64,000 nucleotides of DNA from Gammaproteobacteria bacterium (GTDB lineage Bacteria; Pseudomonadota; Gammaproteobacteria; Eutrophobiales; Eutrophobiaceae), in NCBI GenBank assembly GCA_965221695.1, contig OZ244905.1:128001-192000 (forward strand), given 5' to 3'. Every line of letters begins with the position of its first letter. The first letter of the stretch is position 1. The notes beneath the pieces are model-generated. The model saw only the letters and a list, made by a program, of their open reading frames with translations, ran no database searches and was not told the DNA's origin. Positions 19,446-28,797 of this stretch are shown piece by piece. A program made the translations under genes and the position numbers.

Positions 19446-20468
19446 CTCGCTTACCTGTCTGTGGCTCCGAACAATCCTGTATGCGCCTGCCTCGCACAGG
19501 CTGGCAGACGTGCCGGCGCCGGTCAGCACCGCGATGGGTAGCATCCCTGCGGCGCGACTCGCCTGCATATCAATAACGCTGTCGCCTACATAGACCGCGT
19601 CGCCCGGGGCGATGTCCATGCGTTTCAGGCACTTGTTCAGGCCCTCCGGGTCGGGTTTGCGTTTTTTTACGTCAGGGCCGGTGATGACTGCCTCGAACAT
19701 ATCCGCGACCCCCTGGCTATAGAGCAAATCTAACGACCATTTATCCGAACCGGTGACTATGCCGAGGGCAAAGCCGGCGCTCTTGAGTTCAACCAGTGTC
19801 TGTTGCACCCCGGCAAAGGCCTCGGCCTGGTCCTTGATCAGATCAGGCCAGAGTTCCATGGCCCTGGTATTCAATTTTTTGATCATGGCGGGCCGCTCAT
19901 CCATTGATTTCGGCGCTACATGGTCCCAATAGGAAATACCGCGATTCAGGGTTTCATACATGCGTTCTTTGGATACCTCCAGGCCGAATTCCGCGCCGGT
20001 GCGTCGAGCGAGCTGGTAGAATGCATCCACCGTATCCACCAGGGTGCCGTCCAAATCAAACAGGACGGCGCTGGCCCTGACAGGCTTGAGCAGTTTCAGG
20101 GTGAGGCGGTCTCCATCCTTGAGGGATAAACATTGGCGCAGTGATAATGGCGCGATGACCTCAACCTGGTCCGCCGGATAACCGTTGACTTCCGGGAAGA
20201 CAATAGCGCCGGTAAGCTGGTTGTTGATTTGTACCGGATATGTTCGGGCATCACAGTTGTTCCCGTCTGGCGAGCTGATGCCGATACCATCAGCATTCCT
20301 CATGGATCCCCATCGGGCTAGCGAGTCGGCATCGTCCAGCTTGATATTCAGGGTGCCGGGCCAGGTATTGATGCCCAACTTATCCAGGAACTGGTGTTTT
20401 GCATGCTCTATCTCGGTGAAACCCGCAGCCTGCCCAGTTCCGGTCACGACCCGGCCGGATAATTCCAA
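19431..20468 (-). CDS. CTP-dependent riboflavin kinase (archaeal-type) fused to a HAD phosphatase
   Basis: N-half: GRVVTGTGQA, KLG...PGTLNIKL, EVIAP..LR..L.LKDGD. C-half: FDLDGTLVDT, IVTG, KPDPEG, YVGDS..D. TTG start at 20468 after GGAGA. Confidence 0.8.
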   Translation of the reverse strand: MELSGRVVTGTGQAAGFTEIEHAKHQFLDKLGINTWPGTLNIKLDDADSLARWGSMRNADGIGISSPDGNNCDARTYPVQINNQLTGAIVFPEVNGYPADQVEVIAPLSLRQCLSLKDGDRLTLKLLKPVRASAVLFDLDGTLVDTVDAFYQLARRTGAEFGLEVSKERMYETLNRGISYWDHVAPKSMDERPAMIKKLNTRAMELWPDLIKDQAEAFAGVQQTLVELKSAGFALGIVTGSDKWSLDLLYSQGVADMFEAVITGPDVKKRKPDPEGLNKCLKRMDIAPGDAVYVGDSVIDMQASRAAGMLPIAVLTGAGTSASLCEAGAYRIVRSHRQVSELLTI

Positions 20469-20472
20469 CTTT

Positions 20473-20934
20473 CTAATTCTCCCGTTGTAGTTCAGCGGCG
20501 CGGTGAATAGCGGCGCGGATGCGCTGGTAAGTTCCGCAGCGGCATATGTTGCCGGACATCGCCATATCGATATCCTTATCGGAAGGGGAGGGGTTTTGGT
20601 CAAGCAGCGCCACGGCTGACATGATCTGTCCTGACTGGCAATATCCGCATTGCGGAACCTGTAATTCAATCCAGGCCTGCTGCAGCGGATGGTAACCGTC
20701 TTTAGCCAGGCGCTCTATAGTGGTAATTTTCCTGTTTCTGACACTGCTCACCGGGAGCACGCAAGAGCGCATGGGTTTGCCATCGACATGAACGGTGCAG
20801 GCGCCGCATTGGGCGATCCCGCAACCGAACTTGGTACCGGTCAATCCGATCTCATCCCGGAGCGCCCATAACAGCGGTGTATCTGCTTCCACATCGATTT
20901 CATAGGACTGGTCGTTAATGTCGAGTTTGATCAT
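20473..20934 (-). CDS. iorA: 2Fe-2S subunit, isoquinoline 1-oxidoreductase alpha-like
   Basis: [38 protein letters not shown] and NICRCGTY motifs. Confidence 0.85.
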   Translation of the reverse strand: MIKLDINDQSYEIDVEADTPLLWALRDEIGLTGTKFGCGIAQCGACTVHVDGKPMRSCVLPVSSVRNRKITTIERLAKDGYHPLQQAWIELQVPQCGYCQSGQIMSAVALLDQNPSPSDKDIDMAMSGNICRCGTYQRIRAAIHRAAELQREN

Positions 20935-21170
20935 ATCTTTCCGGTGGCGCGCATCAGGTTATAACTCGGTATGTGAGCAATATAATCCAGAATGAACCGA
21001 ATTTGTATTATTTTTGGACTGAGCAATGCGCCGCCTCTTGGGATCGTGGACTTTCCCTCCTGCGCAGATACCATGCGCGAAAAGTTTCCTGGGAAGGGTG
21101 TATGGACAACGACTCATTGCCGATTGGATTTTCGTTTTCACGAATAGGGTATGAGTAGTAGAATGTGGCC

Positions 21171-21776
21171 ATGGGGAGCGCCAGCGTTTACATTCCAGGG
21201 TATGAAGGTCGCGCCGTACGGATTGATGCGGGCCGAATCTTTCGGGTGGTGGATGTGGAAGGCTGCCAGATTGCTGATATGTTCACCTTGTCCGCCACCG
21301 ACATCAATGAGTATTTCAGCCCGGCGCTGACGCGCCAGGTCATCTTCAGACTCACACCTGTGCCCGGCGATATCCTGTACAGCAACCGCCGCCGTCCCAT
21401 GCTTACCTTCCTGCGCGACAGGTCTCCCGGACGGCATGATATGGCTTTTGCCCCCTGCGACCCGGGATTTTACGTCGATCTGGAGGCGGATGCCTCGCAC
21501 CCGAATTGTCGGGATAACTTTTACCGTGCGATCAGCGAACTCAACCTCAGTATGGAACCGCCACCAGATCCTTTTAACCTGTTCCAGAATACGGTTCCGA
21601 AGGAAAACGGCGATTATGCAGTTGGGCCGACACTGAGCAAAGCGGGTGATTACGTCGAGTTCAGGACTGAAATGGATGTATTTGTTGTGGTAACCGCCTG
21701 TTCGGCGGATTTGCCGTTTGACGGCGTTGAACCCATCGGCGGCAAGTCGACCCCGCTGCGTATCGATTGTGTCTGA
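21171..21776 (+). CDS. DUF1989 / urea carboxylase-associated family protein
   Basis: VVDVEGCQIAD, LYSNRRRPML, GRHD...PC, NCRDN, PFNLFQN and VTACSAD motifs. Confidence 0.85.
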   Translation: MGSASVYIPGYEGRAVRIDAGRIFRVVDVEGCQIADMFTLSATDINEYFSPALTRQVIFRLTPVPGDILYSNRRRPMLTFLRDRSPGRHDMAFAPCDPGFYVDLEADASHPNCRDNFYRAISELNLSMEPPPDPFNLFQNTVPKENGDYAVGPTLSKAGDYVEFRTEMDVFVVVTACSADLPFDGVEPIGGKSTPLRIDCV

Positions 21777-22914
21777 GTTGCGGCGCGACACTGTCACGCA
21801 TGTCTCAGGCGTTTGCGCTGCCCAGGCGCTGGCAATTACAACGGCCATTCTGTCTCCGCTGGCCGTGGGCAGCCTGATCATCGGCCTGGAGATCGGCGAA
21901 GTTGAAGCGGGCGCGCTGATTACCGCCGAACTGCTGGTACTGGGGACGACCAGCATCCTGATGGCGCCGTTGGGTGTCAGGATACCGTATCGCATCCTGG
22001 CCCTGGCCGGAGGCATCATGGTCATTAGCGGACATGGCGGCGCGGCAACGGCAACTGGCCTGAATGAATTGTATCCGTGGCGGCTGTTGGCGGGAATAGG
22101 TTGCGGCTGCCTGCTGGCGACGGTGAATGCCGCGATTGCCCAGGCCCGGAACCCGGATCTGTTATACGGCCTGGCCTGGGCCGCGGCCTATAGCTTCAGT
22201 TCCGTCATGGCTATTGCGATTACCGAGAACAACGAGTTGGTCACCTATCAGGTATTGTATGGCGCTCTGGCCATAACACAGTTGCTTTTACTGCCCTTGC
22301 TCTGGTTTGTGCCGGATCATGGTAATCCGCGAACATCGATTTCACTGCCTGCGGGCAGTATTCGCGCTGGCTGCATGCTGATGGCGGGGATCATACTTAT
22401 GGGTGTCAGCGTGATGGTGTATTATGCTTTCCTGGAACGGTTGGCGGCGCAAATTGGCGCGGCGCCGGCTGCAGCCGGTCGCATCGTTGCTGCGGCCCAG
22501 GTTGCCGGCATTGTGGGCGGTTTGCTAGCTGCGCCGGTAGCCCGCAGGTTTGGTCTGACGGTGGGACTGTGCGCTGCCACCATATTGCATGCCTTGGCAA
22601 TCAGCCTGGCTGTCTGGACCAGCTCGGTGTTGACGCTGGGCATCATCGCCTTTTTTGAGGCTGTGCTGTTTATTATAATGATACCGCTGATGCTGACCCT
22701 GGCAGCCGGTATTGACGATAAAGGTCGTTGGGCAGCCACTGCCGGAGGCGTATTTGTTCTCAGCACTGCGCTGGGGCCGTTTTTCGGCGCGTTGCTTATA
22801 CAGCAGGCAGGGTATGACGCCATTGCCTGGGTACAGTGGCCGGCAGCGTTGCTGGCGGTCACTATTTTTACCCGGGTGGCCACTACACGACAGCGACAGG
22901 CTGAGCAGGTCTGA
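21769..22914 (+). CDS. MFS transporter
   Basis: About 12 hydrophobic helices; WRLLAGIG and PVARRFG MFS-like motifs; GTG start overlaps the upstream stop. Confidence 0.75.
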   Translation: MSELRRDTVTHVSGVCAAQALAITTAILSPLAVGSLIIGLEIGEVEAGALITAELLVLGTTSILMAPLGVRIPYRILALAGGIMVISGHGGAATATGLNELYPWRLLAGIGCGCLLATVNAAIAQARNPDLLYGLAWAAAYSFSSVMAIAITENNELVTYQVLYGALAITQLLLLPLLWFVPDHGNPRTSISLPAGSIRAGCMLMAGIILMGVSVMVYYAFLERLAAQIGAAPAAAGRIVAAAQVAGIVGGLLAAPVARRFGLTVGLCAATILHALAISLAVWTSSVLTLGIIAFFEAVLFIIMIPLMLTLAAGIDDKGRWAATAGGVFVLSTALGPFFGALLIQQAGYDAIAWVQWPAALLAVTIFTRVATTRQRQAEQV

Positions 22915-22983
22915 ACAAGCTCATGCCGGACTTGTCAGAGTGGAATTTCCGTGTATCGCCAATGGCTCTGACCTAACCCGAGT
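22910..22983. repeat. Degenerate MITE copy, supplies the MFS stop codon
   Basis: tctgaacaagctcatgccggacttgtcagagt, then tgtatcg and ctctgac remnants; the TGA at 22912-22914 lies inside it. Confidence 0.7.
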
Positions 22984-23008
22984 TTTTTTACGATTTTTTG
23001 GAGGGGGT

Positions 23009-24019
23009 ATGGATCAACAAAAACTCGCAGCTTTGCGCAGCAAGTATAGAGATCGGCCTTATGACAAGGTAGATGACCCGGAACATGCGAAGGCCTTGCC
23101 CGAGTCCACGGATATGCTGACCGGCATCGCTACCCTGTGCGACGCGCCTTACCGGGAGACCCTTGACGGACTTGATATCGCTTTGATTGGCGTGCCGTTT
23201 GACGCCGGTGTAGTGCATAGGACAGGCGCTCGCTTTGGCCCGCGCTCAATACGGAACATCTCAATGTCGGTGGGCCCGTTTAACCACCAGACCCGGGTCA
23301 ACCCATTTGCCCTGTGCGCGATCGCGGATATTGGAGATGTGCCTCTGCACGGTTTCAGCCTGGACGAAGGTATCAGCGCCATCGAACAGTATTATCACAA
23401 GGTCGTGGGCGCAGGGGTGATTCCGGTGTCAGCCGGAGGTGATCACTCAGTGACTTATCCGATCATGAAGGCGGTGGGTCGGGATGAGCCTTTGGGTATG
23501 ATTCATATAGACGCACACTGCGACACCATGGGGGCGCTTGAGGATCATAAATTCCACCACGGCGGCCCGTTCCGCCACGCAGTCCTGGATGGGGCGCTGG
23601 ACCCGGAGCGTTGTGTGCAAGTAGGAATCCGGGGTTCGGCAGAGGTATTTTGGGAATTCTCTTATGATGCGGGGATGACAGTCATTCCCATCCAGGATTT
23701 TCATACAATGGGAGTCCCGGCAGTCATCGAAAAAACACGGGAGGTATTGGGGGACGGCCCTGTTTATATCAGTTTTGACGTGGACGGCCTGGACCCGGTG
23801 TATGCCCCCGGCACCGGCACGCCTGAGGTCGGCGGGATCAGTACCGCAGACGCAATCCAATTGCTCAGGGGATTACGCGGCCTGCGTTTTGTGGGCGGCG
23901 ACCTGGTTGAGGTCGCTCCCCAGTACGATACCACCACCAATACACCGCAAGTCGGCAAACAGATGCTATTTGAAATCCTATGTCTGGTCGCTGAGAGTAT
24001 AGCCTCGGATCATGGCTGA
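23009..24019 (+). CDS. Ureohydrolase (agmatinase/guanidinopropionase-like)
   Basis: GARFGPRSIR, GGDHSVT, HIDAHCD, HHGGPF, SFDVDGLDP..APGTGTP and DLVEVAP motifs; GGAGG RBS before ATG 23009. Confidence 0.9.
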   Translation: MDQQKLAALRSKYRDRPYDKVDDPEHAKALPESTDMLTGIATLCDAPYRETLDGLDIALIGVPFDAGVVHRTGARFGPRSIRNISMSVGPFNHQTRVNPFALCAIADIGDVPLHGFSLDEGISAIEQYYHKVVGAGVIPVSAGGDHSVTYPIMKAVGRDEPLGMIHIDAHCDTMGALEDHKFHHGGPFRHAVLDGALDPERCVQVGIRGSAEVFWEFSYDAGMTVIPIQDFHTMGVPAVIEKTREVLGDGPVYISFDVDGLDPVYAPGTGTPEVGGISTADAIQLLRGLRGLRFVGGDLVEVAPQYDTTTNTPQVGKQMLFEILCLVAESIASDHG

Positions 24020-24124
24020 ACGCTACCAGGCATACCTCATTGTGCCACCGAGCCGGCGCGGCGTCGCAACGATGATCAAACCGGGATAAACGGCGCTGCT
24101 GAACCGTCTATTCGCTTGATCGCC

Positions 24125-26317
24125 ATGATAAGCCGCCGTAATTTTTTAGGAATGACCACCGGCCTGACTGTTGGTTTCAGTATCGGTTCCATGTCCGGAT
24201 GTGATTACTCCTTCGTCTTGCCGGCGCCTGAGCAGCACAGCATCACTCCCAATGCCTGGGTCAACATTGCTGGCGACGGCATCATTACGATTTTCTCTCC
24301 CGTGGATGAGCTTGGACAGGGGTCGATGACTGCGCTGCCCGTCATATTCGCTGAAGAACTGGATGCCGACTGGGACGATGTGCGCATCGAAATGTCGCCT
24401 TCCGACCCGGAGATTTATGGCAATCCCGGTTTTTTCGGCTTGATTTACACGGCCGCAAGCACGGCTGTGTCAGGCTATTATCAACAGTTGCGCCATTTCG
24501 GCGCCAAGACGCGCCAGATTTTACTGCAGAACGCGGCGCAGGCATGGCAGGTTCCCATCACTGAATTGTCTACCGAACCCAGCCTGGTGAGGCACAATCG
24601 CAGCGGTAGAAAACTTACCTATGGCGAGATTGCAAAGTTCGGCAGGCTACCTGATAGCGAGCCAGAGGTCATGGAGGCGGACTTGAAAGATCCGGCTTCT
24701 TTTCGTCTGATTGGGCATTCCATCCCGCGCCATGACATTCCTGACAAGGTATCGGGTATTTCCAGCTACTCTATTAATAAACGGTTGCCGGGTATGATCC
24801 ATGCGACGGCAGTTCGCTCCCCGATCATGGGCGCAGGACCACTGGCAGTAAATGATAAGGCAGCTCTTGAGGTCACTGGCGTGCAAGGGGTGTATCGGCG
24901 GGAGCGTAGTGTCATCATCGCAGCGGACAGCGGCGCGGCAGCGCTCAAAGCCAGGCGCCGGCTGCAGGTTGATTGGACTCCGGTTGGAGATGTCAACTAT
25001 TTCGACAGCGAACGCGCGCTCAGACAACACGCAGACCTGGCCCGCAACCTGGCGCATAAGGGAGAAATATGGAACCAACAAGGCGATACGGCTGCGGCAT
25101 TCAAGGCGGCCGAGAACACCATTGAAAGGGCATACCTGTCGGACTATGTATACCACGCGCAATTGGAGCCGCTTAATTCCGTCGTCCGGGTTGATGAGAG
25201 CGGACAGGAGGCGGAGGCATGGGTGGGCACTCAGGCGCCGGCACACACCATCAGGGCTATAGCAAAGGCCACTGGCGTGGAACCGAGCCGGGTCAAACTG
25301 CATCGCGCCATGCTGGGCGGCGGTTTCGGAAGGCGCAGTATCAGCGAGATGGACTTCGTCGATGATGCGGCCTGGTTGTCGAAGCACACGGGCACACCTG
25401 TCAAGCTGACCTGGAGTCGCGAAGATGATATCGCGGCCGGCTGGTTCAAGCCTGCTACCGGTCAGTTTCTGCGCGCCGGTCTTGATGGTCGGAGAAAAAT
25501 CAACGCTTGGCATCACCGGGTCGCGGTGCAGGAACCGTTAACTACCGCAGAGCCTGCCATCTATGAATCTGTCAACCGTCGTCCGGTGATATCCATGCCC
25601 GGTTCCGACCATCTGGAATACGATTTCCCTAACCAGTTCGTTGAACATCTGCCTTTGGAACCCGGTATCAGGACTTTCTCAGTGATGGCTGTGGGCTTTA
25701 CCCCGAATAAGTTTGCAGTGGAATCATTCGTTGACGAGGTGGCTACGCAACAAGGAACCGATGCCTTGGAGTTCCGGCTGCGTCATTTGCAGGGTTCTAC
25801 GCGAGGGCAACGTGTGTTGGAGAAGGTTGCCAATATGGCCGGCTGGTCGCGCGGCAGACAAGATGATCATGAACTGGGGATCGCGTTCGCCGAATATCAC
25901 CATAGCTTGATTGCCGGCATTGCCGAAATCTCTCTTAAGGATGATTTGATCAAGGTCCACGACATATGGGTCGCCATCGATCCGGGGATCGCGGTCCAAC
26001 CTGACAACATACGGGGTCAAGTCATGGGAGCAGTGGTGTATGGGCTGGGCAACGCGCTGACCGAACGCATCACATTCGTGAACGGGTTAGCGCAGCAAAC
26101 TAATTTCAACGATTATCCGCTACCCACTATGGCAGATACGCCCCGGGTTCATATTGAAATTATACCTGGCGGCGATAAACCAAGCGCGGTGGGGCAGACT
26201 GGCGCAGTTCTGGTTGCGCCGGCCGTCGCAAACGCGTTCGAACGTTTAACGGGCAAGCGCTTGCGACATATGCCGTTCATTAGGGAGCGCGTCAGGGAAG
26301 CGTTAGGAGCTTCGTGA
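24125..26317 (+). CDS. iorB: Tat-exported molybdopterin subunit, isoquinoline 1-oxidoreductase beta-like
   Basis: SRRNFL Tat signal; PNAWVNI, ELGQG...L...AEELDADW, HAQLEP, LGGGFGRR and APAVANA motifs. Confidence 0.85.
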   Translation: MISRRNFLGMTTGLTVGFSIGSMSGCDYSFVLPAPEQHSITPNAWVNIAGDGIITIFSPVDELGQGSMTALPVIFAEELDADWDDVRIEMSPSDPEIYGNPGFFGLIYTAASTAVSGYYQQLRHFGAKTRQILLQNAAQAWQVPITELSTEPSLVRHNRSGRKLTYGEIAKFGRLPDSEPEVMEADLKDPASFRLIGHSIPRHDIPDKVSGISSYSINKRLPGMIHATAVRSPIMGAGPLAVNDKAALEVTGVQGVYRRERSVIIAADSGAAALKARRRLQVDWTPVGDVNYFDSERALRQHADLARNLAHKGEIWNQQGDTAAAFKAAENTIERAYLSDYVYHAQLEPLNSVVRVDESGQEAEAWVGTQAPAHTIRAIAKATGVEPSRVKLHRAMLGGGFGRRSISEMDFVDDAAWLSKHTGTPVKLTWSREDDIAAGWFKPATGQFLRAGLDGRRKINAWHHRVAVQEPLTTAEPAIYESVNRRPVISMPGSDHLEYDFPNQFVEHLPLEPGIRTFSVMAVGFTPNKFAVESFVDEVATQQGTDALEFRLRHLQGSTRGQRVLEKVANMAGWSRGRQDDHELGIAFAEYHHSLIAGIAEISLKDDLIKVHDIWVAIDPGIAVQPDNIRGQVMGAVVYGLGNALTERITFVNGLAQQTNFNDYPLPTMADTPRVHIEIIPGGDKPSAVGQTGAVLVAPAVANAFERLTGKRLRHMPFIRERVREALGAS

Positions 26318-26458
26318 TATTGCCCCCGGGAGTGCGGATGTTCCGCTTGCGTCAATCAGTCGAAGGTCAGGTCTACAGCGGTAGGCCGTGACCGCGCCGG
26401 CGATAGCTAGATAGGTAGCGAAACACACTGGGAACAGCGCCGCGCTCCCTGGCGCGGG

Positions 26459-27652
26459 TTAATGCCACAGCGCGCGCAGGAGCTTTGTGGCCTCGGCAAG
26501 GCTTTCCAGGTTATGCGCTGGGATAAAATAATCCAGGAAGGGCAGGGCGGTCTGCATGCCTCTGCATAACGGCTGGTAGTTGGCATTGCCCAGCAGAGGA
26601 TTCAACCAGATGATCCTCTGCACGCGCCGGCGCAGTTGCTCCATCTCGTTGCGCATTACATCAGCGTCTCCCTGATCCCAACCATCACTGAGGATCACTG
26701 CGATTGTGTGGGAACTCAACATCTGACTGCCCTGTTGCTCGTTCAACTCGCGCAGACAGCCGCCGATATTGGTGCCGCCGGCCCAGTCATGCACTTGTGT
26801 GGACATGTGCCGCACTACCTCGTCGATATCTTTGCGATTCAGGTAAGGGGTGATGCTGGTCATGCGGGTAGAAAATACGGCGACCTCGATGTTGGAAATC
26901 CGGGAGCCCATGGCGCAGATCAGTTGTATCAGAAAGCGGCTGTAACGCTCCATAGAGCCGCTGACGTCACAAAACAGGATGAGCTTATTCTTTTTGAGCC
27001 GGTATGTTCTATGGGCTAGTTTCAAGCAGTATTCTCCATAAGGCATGCTGCGCCGGAAAATTTTCCTGAAATCCAGTTGTGCGCCGGCTGCTGCCGGTTT
27101 GAAACGACGGCTCCTTCGATTGGCAAGGATAGCGATCAGTTCTGCAATGATTTTGCGCGCTTGTTCCAGCTCTTCGTCACTCATAGTGTCGATATCCTTT
27201 TGCGCCAGCAGTTCCTGGCTGGAATAACCGGTCTGTTCGGGCTCGGAATCGCCCTCTTGGCCGTCGTTGGCGTCCTCGGTGTGTCGCTGCTGCTGCCCTG
27301 CTTGAGTTTCGGCATCGCCTTCCCCGTTTTTCTTGTCCGGGGGCGCCGGTTCTTGCGCTGTTGCCAGGCTGTTCCAGTACTCGTTGAAGAGCAACGCGAA
27401 TAATGCCATATCTTCTTTGTTGATGATCAGTGTTGCCAGGGCCGCCGCGTAGAAATCCTGGCGGTTGGCAATATTGACATGCAGAAGGCTGCGAGCGAGG
27501 TCAATGAGGTTGGCAGGGTTGACCTCTATCCCGGCATCATGCAGTTGTCTGCCAAAGCGGATGATGTGATCGATAAACGGTAGCTTGTTGCTCGCTTCGG
27601 ATAAATCGTCGGACGCTTTGTAAGCGTTATCCGGGGCAGATAGCAACGGCAT
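26459..27652 (-). CDS. coxE: vWA-domain protein (CoxE-like)
   Basis: MIDAS CDVSGSMERY, WAGGTNIG, ILSDGWD and IWLNPL motifs. Confidence 0.85.
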   Translation of the reverse strand: MPLLSAPDNAYKASDDLSEASNKLPFIDHIIRFGRQLHDAGIEVNPANLIDLARSLLHVNIANRQDFYAAALATLIINKEDMALFALLFNEYWNSLATAQEPAPPDKKNGEGDAETQAGQQQRHTEDANDGQEGDSEPEQTGYSSQELLAQKDIDTMSDEELEQARKIIAELIAILANRRSRRFKPAAAGAQLDFRKIFRRSMPYGEYCLKLAHRTYRLKKNKLILFCDVSGSMERYSRFLIQLICAMGSRISNIEVAVFSTRMTSITPYLNRKDIDEVVRHMSTQVHDWAGGTNIGGCLRELNEQQGSQMLSSHTIAVILSDGWDQGDADVMRNEMEQLRRRVQRIIWLNPLLGNANYQPLCRGMQTALPFLDYFIPAHNLESLAEATKLLRALWH

Positions 27653-28576
27653 TCAGTTGATGCTTCCCTGGGCGCTGACTGTCGGGCCGCCCTTGAAGTT
27701 TTTTGTAAGAGCCAACGCTTTTTGCAAGTTGTCGCCGGCCAGTTTTTCCTGGTCCTGGCGGTATTTCAATATACAACTCAGGGTCGCTTCGATCACTTCC
27801 TGATCCAGGTCTTCTATTCCCAATGACAGCAACGCATTGGCCCAATCCAGAGTCTCGGCAATGCCAGGCCGTTTGTAGAAATCCTCTCGCCGCAGCAGTT
27901 CCATGAATTTGCATACTTGGGCGGACAATCTGGCGCGTATTTTCGGGACTTTTGTCGTGACGATATCAAGTTCCTTCTCCAGGGTGGGATAATCGATCCA
28001 GTGATACAGGCAGCGACGCTTGAGAGCATCGTGCATTTCTCGGGTTCGATTCGAGGTTAATACGACAAACGGGGGTTGTTCCGCTTTTATCGTGCCCACT
28101 TCGGGTATCGTAATCTGGAAATCTGACAATACTTCCAGCAGAAATGCCTCAAATTCATCATCGGAGCGATCAATTTCGTCGATCAGCAACACCGGTCGCC
28201 TATCCTGAAACTGGATCGCTTGCAGCAACGGCCTTTGCAACAGGAACTGTTCATCAAAAATATTGGCGCCGATTTTTTCCTTGGCAACGCCGCGGGCTTC
28301 CTGCAAGCGAACTTCCAGCATCTGCCTCAGGTAATTCCATTCGTACAGAGCGAGATTGGTGTCCAGCCCTTCGTAACACTGCAACCGTATCAACTCGGCA
28401 TCCAGACTTTTTGCCAAGACTTTGGCTACCTCGGTCTTACCAACGCCGGGCTCCCCTTCCAGGTAAAGAGGCTTGCCCAGGCAGGTCGACAGATAAATTG
28501 TGGTGGCAAGGTTACGATCGGTGATATAACCCTGCGCGGCGAACTTTTGTTCAATTTCTTCGATTGACTGGAACAT
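27653..28576 (-). CDS. coxD: MoxR-family AAA+ ATPase (CoxD-like)
   Basis: GEPGVGKTE, RLQCYEGLD, LLIDEIDR, DALKRRCLYHWI and PGIAETLDW motifs. Confidence 0.9.
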   Translation of the reverse strand: MFQSIEEIEQKFAAQGYITDRNLATTIYLSTCLGKPLYLEGEPGVGKTEVAKVLAKSLDAELIRLQCYEGLDTNLALYEWNYLRQMLEVRLQEARGVAKEKIGANIFDEQFLLQRPLLQAIQFQDRRPVLLIDEIDRSDDEFEAFLLEVLSDFQITIPEVGTIKAEQPPFVVLTSNRTREMHDALKRRCLYHWIDYPTLEKELDIVTTKVPKIRARLSAQVCKFMELLRREDFYKRPGIAETLDWANALLSLGIEDLDQEVIEATLSCILKYRQDQEKLAGDNLQKALALTKNFKGGPTVSAQGSIN

Positions 28577-28621
28577 ATTCTTGAACCTGTGTGGCTAGCC
28601 GCAACAGACGCTATTTCTAGG

Positions 28622-28646
28622 ATGATAACACTATATCATGATAACA
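28622..28646. promoter_or_regulatory. Possible operator in the divergent coxD/ubiD-like spacer
   Basis: ATGATAACA repeated (28622, 28638) with the palindrome TATCATGATA (28634-28643). Confidence 0.3.
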
Positions 28647-28666
28647 TTCTTGATAAAGCCCATTAT

Positions 28667-28694
28667 GGAACCTCTGGATTAAGTCAGAGGTTTC
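28667..28694. repeat. MITE fragment (end hairpin)
   Basis: ggaacctctggattaagtcagaggtttc. Confidence 0.75.
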
Positions 28695-28797
28695 AGCGAC
28701 TCATACTGATTTTATTCAAGACGCGGTGAAACAAATCACCGTGGAAAACCAGTGGCATGCGGATTGGTTAAGTAATGCGGTAAAGGGGAGCCATCGA

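Noticed and set aside
20935-21170. Guanidine riboswitch upstream of the DUF1989/ureohydrolase genes
   Set aside because: I could not find the ykkC-type CTAGGGTTCC / AAAAGCCCGG segments or paired ACGR-loop hairpins. An Rfam scan would be decisive.
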